Assembly (NCBI GenBank): GCA_965652395.1
Contig: CBFGUW010000002.1
Coordinates: 57,583-121,582, forward strand
DNA length: 64,000 nucleotides
Reading direction: 5' to 3'
Origin: an uncultured Saccharospirillum sp.
GTDB lineage: Bacteria > Pseudomonadota > Gammaproteobacteria > Pseudomonadales > Natronospirillaceae
A program made the position numbers and the translations under genes. The notes under the pieces were generated by a model. The model made no database searches. It saw only the letters and a list, made by a program, of their open reading frames with translations, and was not told the DNA's origin. This document shows, in pieces, positions 30,331 to 40,127 of the stretch (positions are counted from its first letter, which is position 1; each line of letters begins with the position of its first letter).

Positions 30331-30969
30331 ATGGAAGTATTCATATCCCTCATTACCGCCTACCCGGTGGTACTTTACACTTTCGGGCTGGTGCTGGTTG
30401 TCCTCTACTGGCTTGTTGCCAGCATGGGGCTGCTTGATATAGACGCGCTGGACCTGCCGGACCCCGAATCCGATATGGATCTGGATGTCGGAGCCGAAGG
30501 TTTGGCCGGATTGCTGTTGAAGGTCGGCTTGAACGGCGTGCCGTTAACCATCGTTCTCAGCCTACTGATTCTACTCAGCTGGATATTCAGCTATTTCGCC
30601 AGCTTACTGCTTATGCCCATCGTACCGGGAGCCATCCTTTGGTTTTTCGCAGGGACGGCGATCCTGATCGGCGCGTGGGTGGTGGCCGTTCCCATCACGG
30701 CGATCCTGATCAAACCGCTTAAACCTCTTTTTGCAAAAACCAAGGGCCATTCACGGACATCCGTACTCGGCCAAGTGGCCATCATCCGAACCTCAAGGGT
30801 GGACGAAACCTTTGGCGAGGCGGACTTCAACGACGGCGGCGCGGGCTTGGTGCTGAAAGTGAGGGCGGAAACGCCAAACGAGTTCAAACGAGGTGATCGG
30901 GCTGTCCTGCTCGAGTACCTGGAAACCGACAACGCTTACCGCGTTATCCCCGAAAGGGACTTTTATTAA
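30331..30969 (+). CDS. NfeD-like inner membrane protein (YqiJ/DUF1449-like: polytopic N-terminal region + C-terminal OB-fold)
   Basis: Multiple TM helices followed by soluble beta-rich C-terminus; positioned directly upstream of flotillin as in yqiJ-yqiK. Confidence 0.6.
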   Translation: MEVFISLITAYPVVLYTFGLVLVVLYWLVASMGLLDIDALDLPDPESDMDLDVGAEGLAGLLLKVGLNGVPLTIVLSLLILLSWIFSYFASLLLMPIVPGAILWFFAGTAILIGAWVVAVPITAILIKPLKPLFAKTKGHSRTSVLGQVAIIRTSRVDETFGEADFNDGGAGLVLKVRAETPNEFKRGDRAVLLEYLETDNAYRVIPERDFY

Positions 30970-30992
30970 TCGCTAAAACGGAGACTTAATCT

Positions 30993-33008
30993 ATGGATTT
31001 GTCGCTTCTCATGCCTGTGCTCGTTGGCGCCGGGGTGTTCTTCCTGGTTTTGATGGGCATACTCGCCCTGTTCAAAGCCTTCTACGTTAAAGTTCCCCAG
31101 GGTTGGGCCTTGATTGTCAACGACATGTCGTCGACGCCCAAGGTCTATTTCACCGGCGGCATGGTGTTGCCGGTCATCCACAAAAAAGAATACATGCGGG
31201 TCTCGCTCATCTCTATGGAGATAGACCGCCGCGCGAAAGACGGCCTGATCTGCGCGGACAACATGCGCGCGGACATCAATGTCGCTTTTTACCTCCGTGT
31301 CAATGAAACCGCCGAAGACGTACTGAAAGTCGCCAAAAGCATCGGCGTTGACCGGGCATCCGATAAAGACGCCGTCAACGAACTGTTCGCCGCCAAGTTC
31401 TCCGAAGCACTGAAAACCGTTGGTAAACAGATTGATTTCGTCAAACTGTTTGAAGACCGTCAGTTCTTCCGCGAGAAGATCATCGAAACCATCGGCAACG
31501 ATCTGAACGGCTATGTGCTGGAAGACGTGGCCATCGATTACCTCGAGCAAACTCCTCGAGAGTCGTTGGACCCGAACAATATTCTTGATGCCGAAGGCAT
31601 TCGCAAGATCACCGAGCTGACCGCCAAGCAAAACGTCATCACCAATGAGCTCGAACGCAACCGTGAGTTGGCCATCACCAAGAAGAACGTCGAAACCCGC
31701 GAGGCGATGCTTGAGCTTGAACGCCAGGAAGCCGATGCCACGGCGCGTCAGCAGCGTGAAGTCGAGTCCATCAAGGCACGCGAGGAAGCCGAAACGGCAC
31801 GGGTTCGCGAAGAAGAGCGCCTGCGCTCGGAAACAGCCCGTATCGAAACCGAGAAGCAGCTGCAAATTCAGGAAGAAAACCGCCTGCGCGAAATCGAAGT
31901 GGCTCAACAGAATCGGGCACGGGCTGTGGCCATCGAAGAGGAAAAAGTCACGCGTGCACGCGACCTGGAGATTGTCGCCCGCGAGAAAGAAGTGACACTG
32001 CAACAGATCGACAAAGAGAAGTCGGTCGAGATCGAACGCAAGGACATCGCCAACGTTATCCGCGAACGAGTGGCCGTAGAGAAGACCGTCGCCGAGGAAG
32101 AGGAGCGCATCAAGCAGGTGCGTGAAGTCTCCGAAGCGGAACGCCGCAAGCAGGTGCACTTACTGGCGGCCCAAGCCGAGGCGGAAGAAGCCAAGGTGAA
32201 GGAAGTGACGGCGGCCGAAGCATCGGAAATCAAAGCCAAACACCGCGCCCAGGAAATCAACACCATCGCCCAGGCGGAGTTGGAAGCGGCGGCGAAGCAG
32301 GCCGAGTCGAAGAAGAAACTGGCCGAGGGCATCGAAGCCGAACGCGCGGCTCCAGGGTTGGCCGAGGCGAAGGTGAAGCAAGTGACTGCGGACGCCTTGG
32401 AAAAAGAAGGCCTCGCGAAAGCACGCATCGAAGAGGAATCCGGTCTTGCCCAGGCAAGAGTGCTCGAAGCGCAGGCGGTCGCCAAAGAAAAAGACGGATT
32501 GGCGGAAGCGAAAGTACTGGAAGAGAAACTCCACGCCGAGGCTCAGGGCGAAGAACAAATGGGTCTGGCCCAGGCGAAGGCGGAAAAAGAGAAGGGCTTG
32601 GCCGCAGCCGAAGTCACACGCGAACGCTTCAAGGCGGAAGCCGATGGCTTGGTGGAGAAATTCAATGCCATGAACGCCATGACCGAAGTGGCGCGCGAAC
32701 ACGAAGAGTTCCGCATGAAGCTGGAGAAGGACTACGAACAGAACATGGCGTCCATCGAAGCGAACAAAGAGATCGCGGAAGCTCAGGCCCGCATGCTGGC
32801 CGAGGCGCTGCGGGAAGCGAACATCGATATCGTGGGTGGCCAGGGCGACTATTTCAACAATTTCGCCAAATCGCTTGGGCTGGGTAAAGCCGTGGAAGGG
32901 TTTTCCGCCAAAAGCCCTACCGTGCAGGCGCTGCTGAACAAATTCCTGGGGGGCAACGGTCTGGACGGGGCCATCGCCAAGCCCGAGAAGGACACACTGC
33001 CTAACTAA
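30993..33008 (+). CDS. flotillin (SPFH/band 7 family, YqiK-like) with long Glu/Ala/Lys-rich coiled-coil repeats
   Basis: N-terminal TM + SPFH domain (VKVPQGWALIVN...), periodic GLA(E/Q)AK(V/A) repeats. Confidence 0.85.
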   Translation: MDLSLLMPVLVGAGVFFLVLMGILALFKAFYVKVPQGWALIVNDMSSTPKVYFTGGMVLPVIHKKEYMRVSLISMEIDRRAKDGLICADNMRADINVAFYLRVNETAEDVLKVAKSIGVDRASDKDAVNELFAAKFSEALKTVGKQIDFVKLFEDRQFFREKIIETIGNDLNGYVLEDVAIDYLEQTPRESLDPNNILDAEGIRKITELTAKQNVITNELERNRELAITKKNVETREAMLELERQEADATARQQREVESIKAREEAETARVREEERLRSETARIETEKQLQIQEENRLREIEVAQQNRARAVAIEEEKVTRARDLEIVAREKEVTLQQIDKEKSVEIERKDIANVIRERVAVEKTVAEEEERIKQVREVSEAERRKQVHLLAAQAEAEEAKVKEVTAAEASEIKAKHRAQEINTIAQAELEAAAKQAESKKKLAEGIEAERAAPGLAEAKVKQVTADALEKEGLAKARIEEESGLAQARVLEAQAVAKEKDGLAEAKVLEEKLHAEAQGEEQMGLAQAKAEKEKGLAAAEVTRERFKAEADGLVEKFNAMNAMTEVAREHEEFRMKLEKDYEQNMASIEANKEIAEAQARMLAEALREANIDIVGGQGDYFNNFAKSLGLGKAVEGFSAKSPTVQALLNKFLGGNGLDGAIAKPEKDTLPN

Positions 33009-33026
33009 TCTCCGGAGACAGGGACC

Positions 33027-36000
33027 ATGACCACTGACCATCAGGATGTCAGCCAGCAGGAACAGGATAGCGCTATCGACAAGGCCGTCTCCGAAGGTGG
33101 CGCTTACGATGTTATTCGCAAGCGGCTGCTGGACCAGGGCCGTCAACTGGCCACCGAGGTCGAGCATCTCAATAATGCACGACTGGAGGAGTTTGGAAAC
33201 ACCGGTCAGGAAGTGATCGGTCGCATGAGAGTGCGCACCGAGAACAACTGCGTTGCCCGCGACATTGTGAGAGTCGGTGAAAACCTGCTGTTCGGCTACA
33301 ACGTTTACATCGGGCTGAAGCAGACCACCCGGATCGAAGACGTGTTCGCCCTGTTTCGACTGGTCGACCAGGGCGGCCAGTTCGAAATGGAAGCCGTTTC
33401 TCTGAAGCCCTCCTTCCTAAGCGATCCGGGTTTTATTAAAGACTTCGAAGAACTCTATACCTATTACAAACAAACCAAGCTGATTCAGTTGCTGGTGATC
33501 AACGGCAAGCTCCTGGCGGCGTTCCAGATTGGCGAGCGCGCCTCCGACATTCGTGTTTTCCGTTGGTCGGTGTCAGCGGATGGTCAGGAGGTCCGCTATA
33601 TCGATAACAGAGGCGAGCGGGATATCGCATTGCCTCCGGCTCATGATTTCGAGTGGACCGCCACCACCCGAGACGACATCGTTCATGGCAGCCAGCCTCA
33701 CGTAAATATTCTGGATACCTTGTTCGTCGAAACCCTTCAGGGTGAGCTGACCATCAAGGTTGAAAACAACACGGAAGACGGGCTTGGTCTGTATCGGGAA
33801 CCGGTGGAAGAAGCCAACCAATCGCTGACCGACGCCGAGTTCCACTACGCGCGTCTGGGCGAATTGATCTTACTGAAAGTACTGCCCTACCGGGAGGACG
33901 CACCCCGCCACTTTGTATTCAACAGCCTGACACAAAGCGTTCACCGTATCGACGCACTGGGAGAAGCTTGCCAGCAATTGCCGGAAGACCACGGCATTAT
34001 ATTCCCGGGCGGTTATTACCTGACGAACGGTGAAATGAAACAGTTTGAAAGTAACAGCCAAGGGCTTAAATTTCGCCGGGTCATCAAGTCTCCCAATGGA
34101 GAGGATGTACTCTACGTTTTTTATGAACCCGAAGAAGGCCGGGTAGAACTGTTTCCCTACAATCTGATCAACAAGGCGCTGAGCAACCCGATCGTCGGTC
34201 ATGGTTATGCCCTGGGTGAGGACGGCAAACTGGTAATCTTCACGGCCGAAGGGGAACCCACCCGGGTCCACCCCATGCAGGTGTGGCAGACGCCGTTCTT
34301 TACGGAGGAGTTCGCCAGTGCTCAGCCGCCCAGTCAAAGTTTTTATGGCCGCATCGGCAACCCGGAGCTGGTGCGAGGTATTTCGGAAATCTATTCCATC
34401 GTCCGAACGATCAATCAACAATCGGCCTCCAGCCGCCTCTACAGTGACCTGGCGCAACATTGCCGCAAGGTGTTCGATGCCTATCACTGGCTCGACACCC
34501 AAGAGTTACAGGCCGCCGCTACACTCATCAAAGAAATCGCCAACACGGCCGAGCTGGTACTGGACGAGTTTGAAAAAGTCCAAACCATTCGGGAGCAGGC
34601 GGAAACCGCCCTTCGCGACGCCAGAGCCGACCAGGCCAAATTGATTGGCCAACTGCACATCGATAGCTGGCAAAGGCCGGATCAATACGTCGATGCACTG
34701 GCTCAGCTCAGGCGTCAACGCGGCCGCCTGCTGACCATCCGCGAACTTCGCTACATGGATGTCGCCGAGGTCGATGCCCTTGAAAACGAACTGGTCACAG
34801 CCGATGATCGGGTCGCTTCCGCAACGGCCACCTTTCTGGCCGGTGAAGAAGCGCTGTCACCCTACCTCACCCGACTGAATGAAATACAGGAAGCCATCGA
34901 AGCTGCCGACACTATTGCCGAACTGAAACCGGAACTCGCCACACTGGACCAGCTTTCTGAAGGACTCGACCTGCTTTCCGAGCTCGCCGCCGGGCTAAAG
35001 GTTGAGGATGCCACCCAACATACCCGCATCATCGATTCCATAGGAGAGGTTTACGCCCTGGTAAACCAACGAAAGGCTCAGGCACGCAATAAACAACAGA
35101 ATCTGGGTGGCGCCGAAGCACGCGCTCAGTTTGCCGCTCAATTCAAGTTATTCAGCCAGTCCATCACCAACGCACTCAGCCTGGCACGCACACCCGAACA
35201 AAGTGATGAACAGCTATCCCGACTGCTGGTGCAATTGGAGGAACTGGAAGGGCAGTTTTCGGAGCACGATGAATTTCTGGGCGATATCCTGACCAAACGT
35301 GACGAAATTCATGAGTCCTTCGAGGCCCACCGCCAGCGGTTAATGGATGAACGTCATGCCCGGGCACAATCGCTATTCGATGCCGCCAGCCGCATTCTGG
35401 ACAACTTGCAGCGCCGCGCTAACAAATTCGACAAGGCCGAAGAACTGAACAGCTACTTCGCGGCCGACGCCATGGTGCTCAAGCTCACCGACCTGGCCAG
35501 GAATTTGAGAGTGCTGGACGATGTCGTCAAAGCCGACGATATCGACGCGCGTCTTAAGTCTATTAAAGAGCAGGCGATACGTGGTCTGCGTGACAAGACG
35601 GACATTTTCGAAGAAGGTGGCAAGGTCATTAAACTCGGCCCCCGCCACAAGTTCAGTGTCAATACACAAGAACCAGACCTGACCTTGCTGCCACGCGAAG
35701 ACGATTTGTACCTGCATTTAACCGGCACCGATTATTACGAAGCGCTGAATCACTCTGAGTTGAACGCCTGCCGACCCTTCTGGCATCAGACTCTTGAGTC
35801 CGAAAACGAACAGGTCTATCGCGCCGAATACCTGGCGTCCCGCATCATGGAAGCGGCCGATCGAAACCTGGAAGGGCTCGATATCGAACAGCTGGAGTAT
35901 GCCGCCAGTGACTCCAAGGCACTGCTTGAACTGGTTCGACGTTACAGCGCTCCACGCTACAAGGAAGGTTATGAAAAGGGCATCCACGACGCCGATGCGG

Positions 36001-38282
36001 CCGCCATTCTCGCACGATTAATGCCCGTCAGGGCTCAAGCCGGTTTACTTCGCGTCGCACCCAAAGCCCGGTCTCTCGCCATGCTGTTCTGGGCCGCCGG
36101 TCAGAAAGAGCAACCCCAACGGGATTGGCCACAACGCGCCCGCGCCGCCACCCACATGGCCAGACTGTTTGCTTCGCGCGGCGCCCACGATTTACTGGTG
36201 GCCGAGGCATCCAGACTCCTTACTCAATTCGTCGAGGCGCACCAACTCCCGATGACGGAGCTTGAGTGTCAACGGGCGGCGGACTATCTGATTTCAGAGT
36301 TATCGGAGGAAAGACCCTCCTTTGGCATCAGTAAATACGCTCAGAGGCTGGCGGATGAACTGCGACAAAGGATGGATCAAAACAGCTGGCGCGATTACCA
36401 AAACGCTCTAGCCCAATTGAAAGGCCAGCCGGGTCCGCGCTGGGCGCTGACCGAAGCCTGGTTATTGGCCCTGGTGCGCACCGAAGAACTTGCCGGGCTC
36501 AGAGCCTACATACCCGAGGCGGTTGCACTCGTTAACACCGAGGAACGAATCGACCTGCGCCCGTCGGAAGTCGATCTGTCTTTCGAGGTGACGGGTCTGC
36601 TCGGCCAACACAGTCGAATCAAAAACCAATGCCTGTCGCTCCGGCTTGATGACTTCATCGAACGCCTGGATCACTATCGGGAAGTCACACTGCCCGGCTA
36701 CAGGGCCTATCTTGATTTACGTGGCAAGGTGCTGCATGAAGCAAGAGAGTCCATGCGGTTGGATGAATTCAAGCCTCGGCCTCTCAGTTCTTTCGTCCGC
36801 AACAAGCTGATCAACGAAGCTTACCTGCCCATTATCGGTGACAATCTCGCCAAACAAATGGGCACCGTGGGAGACACCAAACGCACGGACCTGATGGGCC
36901 TGCTTATGATGATCTCACCGCCCGGTTACGGTAAAACCACCCTGATGGAATACGTCGCCAACCGGCTCGGGTTGATTTTCATGAAGATCAATTGCCCCTC
37001 GCTTGGTCACGATGTTCTCTCACTCGATCCGGAACAAGCACCGAATGCCACCGCACGTCAGGAGCTGAACAAACTCAACCTGGCGTTGGAAATGGGTAAC
37101 AACGTCATGTTGTATCTTGACGATATTCAACATACTCATCCAGAGTTCCTGCAAAAATTCATCTCCCTGTGCGACGGCACCCGACGCATCGAAGGCGTGT
37201 GGAAAGGCCGAACGCGGACCTACGACATGCGCGGCAAGAAATTCTGCGTGGTCATGGCCGGAAACCCCTACACCGAATCCGGCGAGGCGTTCAAAGTGCC
37301 CGACATGCTGGCCAACCGGGCGGACATTTACAACTTGGGTGATATTCTGGGCGGCATGGAAGAGCAGTTCGCACTGTCGTTTATCGAAAACTGCCTTACC
37401 TCGAACCCGGTACTGGCGCCACTCGCCACGCGCGAAATGTCGGATTTTTACAGGCTTGCCGAACTGGCCGCCGGTAATAATGTGAGCACCAACGACCTGT
37501 CGCACGACTATTCCGCCGCTGAAGTTGCGGAAATCACCGGCGTATTGAAAAAACTCTTCGTCATTCAGAATGTCGTGCTTAAAGTAAACCAGCAATACAT
37601 TCACAGCGCCGCCCAGGCGGACAAATACCGAACCGAACCGGGCTTCCGTTTGCAGGGTTCCTACCGGAACATGAACAAGATGGCCGAAAAGGTCTCGGGC
37701 ATTATGAACGACGCCGAGCTCAACCGCTTAATTGACGACCACTACCTCGGCGAAGCCCAGCTGCTGACCTCCGGTGCCGAAGAAAACCTGCTTAAACTGC
37801 GTGAAATCAGGGGCATTCTCACGGAACAGGAGACCCAGCGTTGGCAGCAAATAAAAGCCGACTTTCTGCGCAACAAAGCCATGGGTGGTGAAGACGCCGA
37901 CACCGGCAGCCGGGTCGTCGCCCAGTTGGCCGACATCGCCGCGGCATTGCAACAACCGGAAACAAAGGGAGAGCCCAATTGGCAAGCCCCGTTGGCGGCT
38001 CTTGACCAGGGGTTGAAACAAATAGCCTCGGCGCTCACCAAGGCCCAATATCAGGTGGAAGTCATCAACCAGCCGGTGCCAGGAATGGACAAAGTCCTGA
38101 ATACGCTGGCCGATACCGTGGAGAATTCCCTGATGCCGTTGGTTCACGCCATGGAGGGAAAACTCGGTATCGATCTGCGTACACACGACCGTCTGGTCTC
38201 CATCAGTCAGGAAATAAAAGAGCTTAAGCAGGAAGTGATCCGCACCACATCGGTTAAACATCGGCCGGTGGCGGATAGCTGA
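33027..38282 (+). CDS. 1751-aa multidomain protein: beta-rich N-terminal region, long alpha-helical/coiled-coil middle, C-terminal MoxR/AAA_5-type AAA+ ATPase
   Basis: Single uninterrupted ORF; Walker A SPPGYGKTT (~36921-36941), Walker B VMLYLDD (~37111-37125), sensor-1 VMAGNPY, LANRADIY; 18-nt gap after flotillin stop. Confidence 0.7.
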   Translation: MTTDHQDVSQQEQDSAIDKAVSEGGAYDVIRKRLLDQGRQLATEVEHLNNARLEEFGNTGQEVIGRMRVRTENNCVARDIVRVGENLLFGYNVYIGLKQTTRIEDVFALFRLVDQGGQFEMEAVSLKPSFLSDPGFIKDFEELYTYYKQTKLIQLLVINGKLLAAFQIGERASDIRVFRWSVSADGQEVRYIDNRGERDIALPPAHDFEWTATTRDDIVHGSQPHVNILDTLFVETLQGELTIKVENNTEDGLGLYREPVEEANQSLTDAEFHYARLGELILLKVLPYREDAPRHFVFNSLTQSVHRIDALGEACQQLPEDHGIIFPGGYYLTNGEMKQFESNSQGLKFRRVIKSPNGEDVLYVFYEPEEGRVELFPYNLINKALSNPIVGHGYALGEDGKLVIFTAEGEPTRVHPMQVWQTPFFTEEFASAQPPSQSFYGRIGNPELVRGISEIYSIVRTINQQSASSRLYSDLAQHCRKVFDAYHWLDTQELQAAATLIKEIANTAELVLDEFEKVQTIREQAETALRDARADQAKLIGQLHIDSWQRPDQYVDALAQLRRQRGRLLTIRELRYMDVAEVDALENELVTADDRVASATATFLAGEEALSPYLTRLNEIQEAIEAADTIAELKPELATLDQLSEGLDLLSELAAGLKVEDATQHTRIIDSIGEVYALVNQRKAQARNKQQNLGGAEARAQFAAQFKLFSQSITNALSLARTPEQSDEQLSRLLVQLEELEGQFSEHDEFLGDILTKRDEIHESFEAHRQRLMDERHARAQSLFDAASRILDNLQRRANKFDKAEELNSYFAADAMVLKLTDLARNLRVLDDVVKADDIDARLKSIKEQAIRGLRDKTDIFEEGGKVIKLGPRHKFSVNTQEPDLTLLPREDDLYLHLTGTDYYEALNHSELNACRPFWHQTLESENEQVYRAEYLASRIMEAADRNLEGLDIEQLEYAASDSKALLELVRRYSAPRYKEGYEKGIHDADAAAILARLMPVRAQAGLLRVAPKARSLAMLFWAAGQKEQPQRDWPQRARAATHMARLFASRGAHDLLVAEASRLLTQFVEAHQLPMTELECQRAADYLISELSEERPSFGISKYAQRLADELRQRMDQNSWRDYQNALAQLKGQPGPRWALTEAWLLALVRTEELAGLRAYIPEAVALVNTEERIDLRPSEVDLSFEVTGLLGQHSRIKNQCLSLRLDDFIERLDHYREVTLPGYRAYLDLRGKVLHEARESMRLDEFKPRPLSSFVRNKLINEAYLPIIGDNLAKQMGTVGDTKRTDLMGLLMMISPPGYGKTTLMEYVANRLGLIFMKINCPSLGHDVLSLDPEQAPNATARQELNKLNLALEMGNNVMLYLDDIQHTHPEFLQKFISLCDGTRRIEGVWKGRTRTYDMRGKKFCVVMAGNPYTESGEAFKVPDMLANRADIYNLGDILGGMEEQFALSFIENCLTSNPVLAPLATREMSDFYRLAELAAGNNVSTNDLSHDYSAAEVAEITGVLKKLFVIQNVVLKVNQQYIHSAAQADKYRTEPGFRLQGSYRNMNKMAEKVSGIMNDAELNRLIDDHYLGEAQLLTSGAEENLLKLREIRGILTEQETQRWQQIKADFLRNKAMGGEDADTGSRVVAQLADIAAALQQPETKGEPNWQAPLAALDQGLKQIASALTKAQYQVEVINQPVPGMDKVLNTLADTVENSLMPLVHAMEGKLGIDLRTHDRLVSISQEIKELKQEVIRTTSVKHRPVADS

Positions 38283-38824
38283 TGGCGAGATTACGCTCCG
38301 CTTTTATCGCCGTCGCGCTCATTTGGGTGGTTTTCTTGGCCAATGCATTCCTGCCAACAATTGAACTGCGCACTTTCGGCGTACTGCCCCGCGACCCAGA
38401 CCGCCTCTGGGCGGTTCTGACCAGCCCCTTCCTGCACGGTAACTGGCAACATCTGATCGGCAACAGCATTCCGCTGTTCATTTTCAGCTGGCTGGTGCTG
38501 CGCCGGGGGCAGCGACGCTATCTCACGGCCAGTGCCTTCATCATCATTGTGGGGGGGTTGATCCTCTGGCTGATCGGTCGCCCGGCACTTCATATTGGGG
38601 CCAGTGGCTGGGTATTCGGGCTCTGGGGGCTGATCATCGCCGATGGCTGGTATGAGCGCAGCCTGGCAGCGGTGCTGACCAGCCTGGCGGTGATCCTGCT
38701 GTACGGCGGAATGCTCTGGGGGCTGCTGCCCCAGGCCACAGTGAGCTTCGAAGCCCACCTGGGAGGCTTGGTGGCCGGTGTGATGTATTCGGCACTGAGT
38801 CATACCCGGAAACAGAAAAGATGA
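38282..38824 (+). CDS. rhomboid family intramembrane serine protease
   Basis: FLHGNWQHLIGN (TM2 motif), GASGWVFG (GxSG catalytic Ser), HLGGLVAG (catalytic His); ATG overlaps stop of upstream ATPase (ATGA... coupling). Confidence 0.75.
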   Translation: MARLRSAFIAVALIWVVFLANAFLPTIELRTFGVLPRDPDRLWAVLTSPFLHGNWQHLIGNSIPLFIFSWLVLRRGQRRYLTASAFIIIVGGLILWLIGRPALHIGASGWVFGLWGLIIADGWYERSLAAVLTSLAVILLYGGMLWGLLPQATVSFEAHLGGLVAGVMYSALSHTRKQKR

Positions 38825-38897
38825 AAGCAATGACATCCCTCAATGACGTTGCTTCCTTCGGGCTGTTATCATAGCCGCCATTCCCAATTACCCGAGT

Positions 38898-40127
38898 GTG
38901 CTCATGGAGCCCTTTGACATTGCCATTGTCGGCGGCGGCATGGTGGGTCTGACCCTGGCATCCGCACTTCGCCCCGCACTGGACGCCGGTGCCCGGCTGG
39001 TTTTGGTCGACCCCGCGCCTCAGCCGACCGATTCCGTCCCACAATCGCCCAGTTTCGATGACCGGGCCACCGCCCTTTCCTCCCTCACCTGTACCGCGCT
39101 GGACCGCCTCGGCCTGTGGTCCCGCCTGGAACCACACGCCAGCGCCATCAACTGGATTGAAGTGAGCGATCGCGGTCATGCCGGTTACCAGGTGATGGAC
39201 GCCAAGGAATTTCCGGGCCATCCCTTTGGCTCTGTCGTGGCCAACCGGAACCTGGGTGTGGTGCTCTGGCAGGGTTGTCAGGATCTGCCTTCGGTGGAGT
39301 GGCGTTTCGATACCAGTGTCGAACGCCTTGAACCCGACAATGAATACCAACAACTCCAGCTAAGCTCCGGCGAAACCCTTCGCGCCCGTCAGGTGTTTCT
39401 CTGCGATGGCGGTCGTTCGCCGCTGGCTCGCCGCCTGGGCATTCAATATCGCCAGCAGGATTATCAGGCCAGCGCGCGCGTGGCCTCCGTTCGCACCGAG
39501 GAACACCACGGCGGCCGGGCGTTCGAACGCTTCACTGAGGACGGCCCGATTGCACTGCTGCCCTTCGGCGAGTATTCAGCTCTGGTCTGGACTGTTCCGG
39601 ATCGCCTGCTTTCCCGCATACGGGCTATGAGCAAGACTGAACAGCTTGGCTGGCTCAACGAGCGTTTTGGCCAACGTCTGGGGCGCATCACTGACATCAG
39701 CGACCCCTCAAGCTACCCCCTTATTCTGCGCCAATGCCGGGAACCGGTTCGCCACCGGTTGATGGTGCTGGGAAACTCCGCAGCCACGCTCCACCCGGTC
39801 GCGGGGCAAGGCTTCAATCTCGCCATGCGTTCCGTGCTGAGAACCGCCGAGCGTATTAACGCCACCCTGCTCAATGCCCGGGACCCTGGTGATTATCGGG
39901 GCCTGCGCGACCTCGCCGCAGAGATTGATCGCGACCAACGGCTGACCGCCACCCTGTCGGATGGCCTGGTGCGTACCTTTGCCAATCCACAGCCCTGGTT
40001 CCAACTGGGGCGCAACCTCGGTCTGAACATGCTCGACCGTCACCCTTTACTCAGCAAAGCCTTCACCCTGACCAGCATGGGGGTACTGCAAGGAGCCCCA
40101 CTACCCAAAGGAGATGCCGTTCTATGA
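38898..40127 (+). CDS. ubiH: FAD-dependent ubiquinone biosynthesis hydroxylase, UbiH/UbiF/UbiI(VisC)/Coq6 family
   Basis: [17 protein letters not shown]-binding GxGxxG; family architecture; E. coli-like ubiH-ubiI tandem. Confidence 0.6.
   Translation: MLMEPFDIAIVGGGMVGLTLASALRPALDAGARLVLVDPAPQPTDSVPQSPSFDDRATALSSLTCTALDRLGLWSRLEPHASAINWIEVSDRGHAGYQVMDAKEFPGHPFGSVVANRNLGVVLWQGCQDLPSVEWRFDTSVERLEPDNEYQQLQLSSGETLRARQVFLCDGGRSPLARRLGIQYRQQDYQASARVASVRTEEHHGGRAFERFTEDGPIALLPFGEYSALVWTVPDRLLSRIRAMSKTEQLGWLNERFGQRLGRITDISDPSSYPLILRQCREPVRHRLMVLGNSAATLHPVAGQGFNLAMRSVLRTAERINATLLNARDPGDYRGLRDLAAEIDRDQRLTATLSDGLVRTFANPQPWFQLGRNLGLNMLDRHPLLSKAFTLTSMGVLQGAPLPKGDAVL

Noticed and set aside
32380-32620. 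DNA-level periodic repeats inside the flotillin gene
   Set aside because: They encode the Glu/Ala/Lys-rich GLA(E/Q)AKV heptad-like coiled-coil repeats characteristic of flotillins. They are not an independent repeat element.
30966-33167. Long minus-strand ORFs (397 aa and 335 aa) antisense to the flotillin gene
   Set aside because: They are shadow ORFs produced by the GC-rich, repetitive GAG/GCC-rich coding sequence of the flotillin coiled coil. The flotillin frame has clear homology.
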